Shown in pieces: positions 59,521 to 64,000 of a stretch of DNA of 64,000 bases. The notes below the pieces were generated by a model. That model was not told where the DNA came from. It did not search any database and saw nothing but the letters and a program-made list of their open reading frames with translations. The stretch covers positions 160,001 to 224,000 of the forward strand of contig OZ244799.1 in NCBI GenBank assembly GCA_965219955.1. The letters run 5' to 3'. A program made the position numbers and the translations under genes. The first letter of the stretch is position 1. Every line of letters begins with the position of its first letter. The stretch is from a bacterium (GTDB lineage: Bacteria > UBA8248).

Positions 59521-60765
59521 TTGCCTGTGCCCGTCATTCCTCCCCAACCCGAATTTTCATGGGTGGAACCCGGCCCCGTCATAACTCCAGATAGGCTGAA
59601 ATAAAGAAATACGAGGAGCGGCTGCCGTACGAGAATGTACGTCAACACCGCTTGTCGAGCGATACGGAGGAGATTGCGCCGCCTGGACGTGAGCGAACAG
59701 GGAGGAACACACCATGTACACCAGACTGTCGAAAAGGCGTCCGGCTCGCCGGGCATGGGCTGCATCGAGACCGTTCCGGACGTATGGCGTCGCCGTTCTC
59801 CTCGCCTGCGTCGTCGCAATCGGGCTGCCCCCGCCGGCGCCCGCCGCCGCGGCGGGGAAGGACTACCGCCTGAGCGGCCCCTACACGCAGAACAATCTCT
59901 CCATCTATCTGATTCACCGCGAAGGCCGAACAGGCGGCCCCGCGCCGATCACCCTGGGCGAGGCGATGAGGCGGGGCATCGTCAAGGTCGTCGAAACCGG
60001 CAGCGTAAGACGCCTCAAGGTCCGCAACCTGGGCGATCGCGAGGTCTTCATCCAGGCGGGCGACATCGTCAAGGGCGGCAAGCAGGATCGCGTCCTGCTC
60101 ACCAGCCTGATCGTCCCCCCGAAGTCGGGCTACATCCCCATCGGCGCCTTTTGCGTGGAGCAGGGCAGGTGGGCCAGGCGCGGCCTGGAGGATGTGATGG
60201 CGTTTTCGACCTCCGCATACCGCATGCCTTCGAGGGCCGGCAAGATTGCGATGATGAAAGGCATGGGCTACGAGACCGCCCCCGCAACCGGTCGAACGGG
60301 AACGTGGGGAGAGGACCTGCATGGGTTGAGCATTTGGGGGGGGATGCGGCGGCGGAGAGGCGCATCTCTTCAGGGCGAAATGTGGCGCTCGGTCGGGATG
60401 ACGCAGAGGGCGTTGGGCCGGGCCATGGGGGCGCGCGTCGCCGACCGGCGCTCGCGCACGAGCCTCCAGTTGTCATTGGAGAACAAGCGCTTGGCATCCG
60501 CCGTGGCGGACTATGAAAAAGCCCTGGGTGGACTGTCGGCAAAGCACCCGGATGCCGTGGGCTATGTTTTCGCGGTGAACGGCAGGATCAACAGCGGCGA
60601 TGAGTTCGAGAGCGCTGGCCTGTTCCGCAGGCTGTGGCAGCGGCAGCTCAAGGCGGCGGCGACGGAGGCGGTTGCCGAAAAAGGCGCGCACAAGCGCATA
60701 CAGCCGACGCTCGCCGAGGTCGGCGCGTTCATCGATTCCGCGCGCGCCGCGAAGCCGGCCACTAG

Positions 60766-62500
60766 CCCGGATATTTCACCGACAAATGGCATGGGGCCTC
60801 TGAATGTCGGATAATGTGAGTTGTCTCAATAACTTACACCCGTCCGACAGAGAGGCCCCATGGATACGCATTGTACACCGGAACAACTTCACTTTCACCC
60901 CCACGGAAGACGCGAGGTCATCGCCCGATTCGACGGCGGACGGATCACGTCGGACGCCGGCGGGGTGCTGCTTCGCGAGACGGATCTCCGCCTGGGTCTG
61001 ATGGCTCGTCTGGCGCGGTGTTTTCGTGATTGCCGCAAGCCCGGCAGCGTGGAGCACCCGGTGCGCTCGCTGGCGGCGCAGCGGGTGTACGCGCTGGCGC
61101 TGGGCTACGAGGACCTGAACGACCACGAGGATTTGCGCCGCGACAGGTTGCTGGCGCTGCTGGTGGGCAAGCGGGACCTGACGGGAGCCGGGCGGGTTCG
61201 CCTTCGGGACCGCGGCTCTCCGCTGGCCGCATCGAGTACGCTGAACCGCCTGGAGTTGGGCGGCGCCGAGGCGGCGACGGATCGCTACAAGCGCATCGCT
61301 GCGGACTTCGAGGCGATGGACCGCCTGCTGGTGGACGTGTTCATGGAGTCTTACGCCGAACCGCCCGAAGAGATATGGCTGGACCTCGACGCCACGGACG
61401 ACCCCCTGCACGGTCGCCAGGAGGGGCGCTTCTTCCACGGCTATTACGGCCGCTACTGTTATCTGCCGCTCTACGTCTTCTGCGGCGCGCATCTGCTGTG
61501 CGCGCGGCTGCGCCGCTCGAACGTCGACGCCTCGGCCGGCAGCGAGGAGGAGTTGGCGCGGATCGTGGCGCAGGTCCGCAGGCGCTGGCCGCGTACGCGG
61601 GTCGTGGTTCGCGGCGACTCGGGTTTTTGCCGCGAGCCGTTGATGCGCTGGTGCGAGGAGAACGGCGTCGGCTACGTGTTCGGCATGGCGCGCAACGCGC
61701 GGCTGGTGCGGGCGATTGGCCGGGACCTCTACCGGGCCGAGGTCGTCTGTCGCCGCACGGGTGAGCCGGCGCGCCGGTATCGCGACTTCCGCTATCGAAC
61801 GCGCAAGAGCTGGTCCAGAACCCGCCGGGTGGTGGGCAAGGCGCAATACCTGCCCAGGGGGGCGAACCCGCGGTTCGTGGTCACCAATCTCCGCCCCCGG
61901 CGGGCCGGCGCCAGACGCCTCTACGAAGAACTCTACTGCGCCCGGGGAGAGATGGAGAACCGCATCAAGGAACAGCAACTCGGCCTGTTCGCCGACCGCA
62001 CCAGCAGCGCCACCATGAGGGCCAATCAGTTGCGGCTCTACTTCGCCTCCTTCGCCTACGTCCTGATGCACGGACTCCGGCGCCTGGGGCTGGCGGGCAC
62101 GACATGCGCCAGGGCCCAGTGCGCAACGATCCGGCTGAAACTGCTCAAGATCGGCGCCCGCGTGAGGGTCAGCGTGCGCAAGGTCCGGCTGTCTATCTCC
62201 GAGGCCTGGCCCCATGCGGCGCTCTTCGAAAAGGTAGTGAACAACCTGCGTACGCACCCGCCCTGGCCGACGGCGGGGGAGAGTGACTGAGCGTAGAATC
62301 GGAGCGACATAGGTTGCCGCAGCGGGAAACCTGCGCCTGCGCGTCGGCCGGCACTCCCCGAAAGCCTTCGAAATCGACGAAAAAGCGCCGCTCGGGCGCC
62401 GTGCGTCATCGTATCGCGCCGACGAAGAAGGCCGCCTCCCGAATCAAGCCGTCCACGACTTCAAATCAGGCCGTTCCAAAGCCTCGGTGAAATATCCGGG
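60766..62500 (+). mobile_element. Complete IS1380-family insertion sequence with CTAG target duplication
   Basis: Perfect 17-bp inverted repeats CCCGGATATTTCACCGA / TCGGTGAAATATCCGGG; CTAG at 60762-60765 and 62501-62504. Confidence 0.93.
60860..62290 (+). CDS. IS1380-family transposase
   Basis: FDGGRITSDAG, GYEDLNDH, LDLDATDDPLHGRQEG, RGDSGF, YCARGEMENRIKE. Confidence 0.95.
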   Translation: MDTHCTPEQLHFHPHGRREVIARFDGGRITSDAGGVLLRETDLRLGLMARLARCFRDCRKPGSVEHPVRSLAAQRVYALALGYEDLNDHEDLRRDRLLALLVGKRDLTGAGRVRLRDRGSPLAASSTLNRLELGGAEAATDRYKRIAADFEAMDRLLVDVFMESYAEPPEEIWLDLDATDDPLHGRQEGRFFHGYYGRYCYLPLYVFCGAHLLCARLRRSNVDASAGSEEELARIVAQVRRRWPRTRVVVRGDSGFCREPLMRWCEENGVGYVFGMARNARLVRAIGRDLYRAEVVCRRTGEPARRYRDFRYRTRKSWSRTRRVVGKAQYLPRGANPRFVVTNLRPRRAGARRLYEELYCARGEMENRIKEQQLGLFADRTSSATMRANQLRLYFASFAYVLMHGLRRLGLAGTTCARAQCATIRLKLLKIGARVRVSVRKVRLSISEAWPHAALFEKVVNNLRTHPPWPTAGESD

Positions 62501-62671
62501 CTAGAGTGATGCCGGGAGGCTTGAACCTGGAGACGCGCAAGGCGAGCGGGTCGTTCTACATGGAAGTCCGGCGCGGGAACGACCACTGGGTGCACCGGAA
62601 CTTCGTCGCCCGCTAAACCGGCGCCCGTCGAACCGGTTGGACGGGCGGCGCTTGCCCCGGATACAGGAAAT

Positions 62672-62819
62672 GCCGGTCGGAGCGTTCTTTGGCGGCACGC
62701 CCCGGCTGGCCGGCGCGAGGAGCGCCGATAGGGTCGGCGCTCCTCCGCCACGCAATCCTCCGTCTCGCATCTATCCCCTGCGAGAGCCTCCCCCCGGAGA
62801 CGGGAGGAGGCTTTTCTTT
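62672..62819 (+). ncRNA. Candidate structured sRNA, copy 2
   Basis: Colinear paralog of 55332-55476 with the same four hairpins and GAGA-loop terminator. Confidence 0.7.
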
Positions 62820-62894
62820 CGGGTGAAGCGCCCCGCGTCCGGCGGAGCGTTTTGGGCGATCGGGCCGGAAACGACGATAAAAAACGAAAGGCGG

Positions 62895-63400
62895 ATGGAT
62901 TCCAGTTTTCGCCGGAATGACGGTGCGCATTCTCGAAGGTTGAGGATTATTCCCTCTTGAGGGGGTTATTGAAAAAGATCCGATGAAGAAGGGTTTGACA
63001 CCGGCGAGGAGCGAGCGGTTGTGTTTTGGTAGGGACAGGCCTCCGTGCCTGTCCTGATGGCAACCATCCTGCAAAGGACAACCACGGAGGGTTGTCCCTA
63101 CAACCGCCATTCCTCCTTCATCGAGGCTTTTTCAACAACCTCGATGAAGGAGCGTTTGTATCGAAGGATGGGGGGCGCATCGCCCTTCGATACGCGGCTT
63201 CGCCGCTACTCAGGGTGAGGCGGAGCGCCGGGCTGCGGGACGTTTCTGCGTCTTGAGACACGCGGACACGTATGCAAGCGAGGGCTTGTTCACTGTAGGG
63301 ACAGGCCCCCGTGCCTGTCCTGATTGAGGACAACCACAGGGGGTTGTCCCTACGGTTATAAATTCCCCATAGGCCTGCATTCCAGATGGCCGGAATGACG
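62895..63400. repeat. Mosaic REP/MITE cluster
   Basis: GTAGGGACAGGC..GGACAACCAC..GTTGTCCCTAC doublets (63028-63101, 63295-63353), CCCTTCGATACG..CTACTCAGGGTGAGG, CCGGAATGAC. Confidence 0.7.
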
Positions 63401-63490
63401 AGCGAAGACCGCGTAGGCCCGTCGTATCGCATCTTCCTGTCTTTCCCTGTAGGATGCGCCCGAAGCCCGCCCATACGTAGAGACGTGCGC

Positions 63491-64000
63491 ATGCTCTCGA
63501 CTCTGGACTGGTCGCTCATCCTCGCATACATCGCGTTCGCCTTGATCGTCGGTGTTCTCACCTCACGAGCGGCGTCTAAGAGCCTGGCCTCATATTTCGT
63601 GGCCGGGCGCAGCCTGCCCTGGTGGTGGATAGGCACCTCGATGGTGGCGACCACGTTCGCCTCGGACACCCCCCTCGTCGTGGCCGGCATCGTCGCCAAG
63701 CGCGGGATTTCGGGGAACTGGTTCTGGTGGGCGTGGGTCATCGGCAACGTGGGCGTCGCGGTCTTCTTCGCCCCCCTGTGGCGGCGCGCGGGCGTGGTGA
63801 CCGACGCCGAGCTCATCGAGTTGCGCTACGGGAGCGGCCCCGGCGCGTTCCTGCGCGGCTTCAAGGCCGTCTATTCCTCCCTCATCGTGAACATCATCGT
63901 CCTGGGCTGGGTGTTCCGCGCCATGGCGAAGATAGCCGAGCCCTTCCTCCGGTGGGAGGAGATTCTGCCCTCGAACCTGTGGACGGCCGTCGAGGCGAAC
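63491..64000 (+). CDS. Sodium:solute symporter family protein (partial)
   Basis: Manual translation MLSTLDWSLILAYIAFALIVG...YFVAGRSLPWWWIGTSMVATTFASDTPL...GISGNWFWW. Confidence 0.9.
   Translation, partial: MLSTLDWSLILAYIAFALIVGVLTSRAASKSLASYFVAGRSLPWWWIGTSMVATTFASDTPLVVAGIVAKRGISGNWFWWAWVIGNVGVAVFFAPLWRRAGVVTDAELIELRYGSGPGAFLRGFKAVYSSLIVNIIVLGWVFRAMAKIAEPFLRWEEILPSNLWTAVEAN

Larger units (their letters stand above)
59714..62616 (+). pseudogene. Secreted ARPP-1/DUF6569-like protein interrupted by IS1380
   Basis: Signal peptide; FIQAGDIVKGGKQDR..FCVEQGRW motif; removing the IS and one CTAG restores an in-frame C-terminus ...KPATRVMPGGLNLETRK...HWVHRNFVAR* ending at 62616. Confidence 0.8.

Overview
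High-GC chromosomal window from a diderm bacterium (lipoproteins, TonB, sigma54 system); the taxon cannot be fixed from sequence alone. Core blocks: hrcA-dnaJ and groES-groEL (each with a CIRCE operator), a PAS histidine kinase plus sigma54 (NtrC/AtoC-type) regulator, tmk-holB-PSP1-metG-tatD(radical SAM fusion), an Lhr helicase, TonB-DtxR-cupin-gpsA, a sugar-type ABC transporter, a Gfo/Idh/MocA plus molybdopterin oxidoreductase pair, and an SSS symporter. Accessory content: an AT-rich Abi/HEPN-like gene next to a patatin, HigBA, a Y-family polymerase coupled to a small Zn-ribbon gene, a single-chain restriction-modification enzyme coupled to a HEPN-like gene, and two complete IS elements (IS1182, IS1380), both inserted at CTAG. 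The IS1380 splits an ARPP-1/DUF6569-like secreted protein gene. Intergenic regions are full of palindromic REP/MITE-like families. The best unexplained signal is a ~150-nt four-hairpin non-coding RNA in two diverged copies (55332-55476, 62672-62819) with compensatory base changes. The first copy sits behind a consensus sigma54 promoter with tandem enhancer-like palindromes. All family calls come from motif recognition, not database searches.
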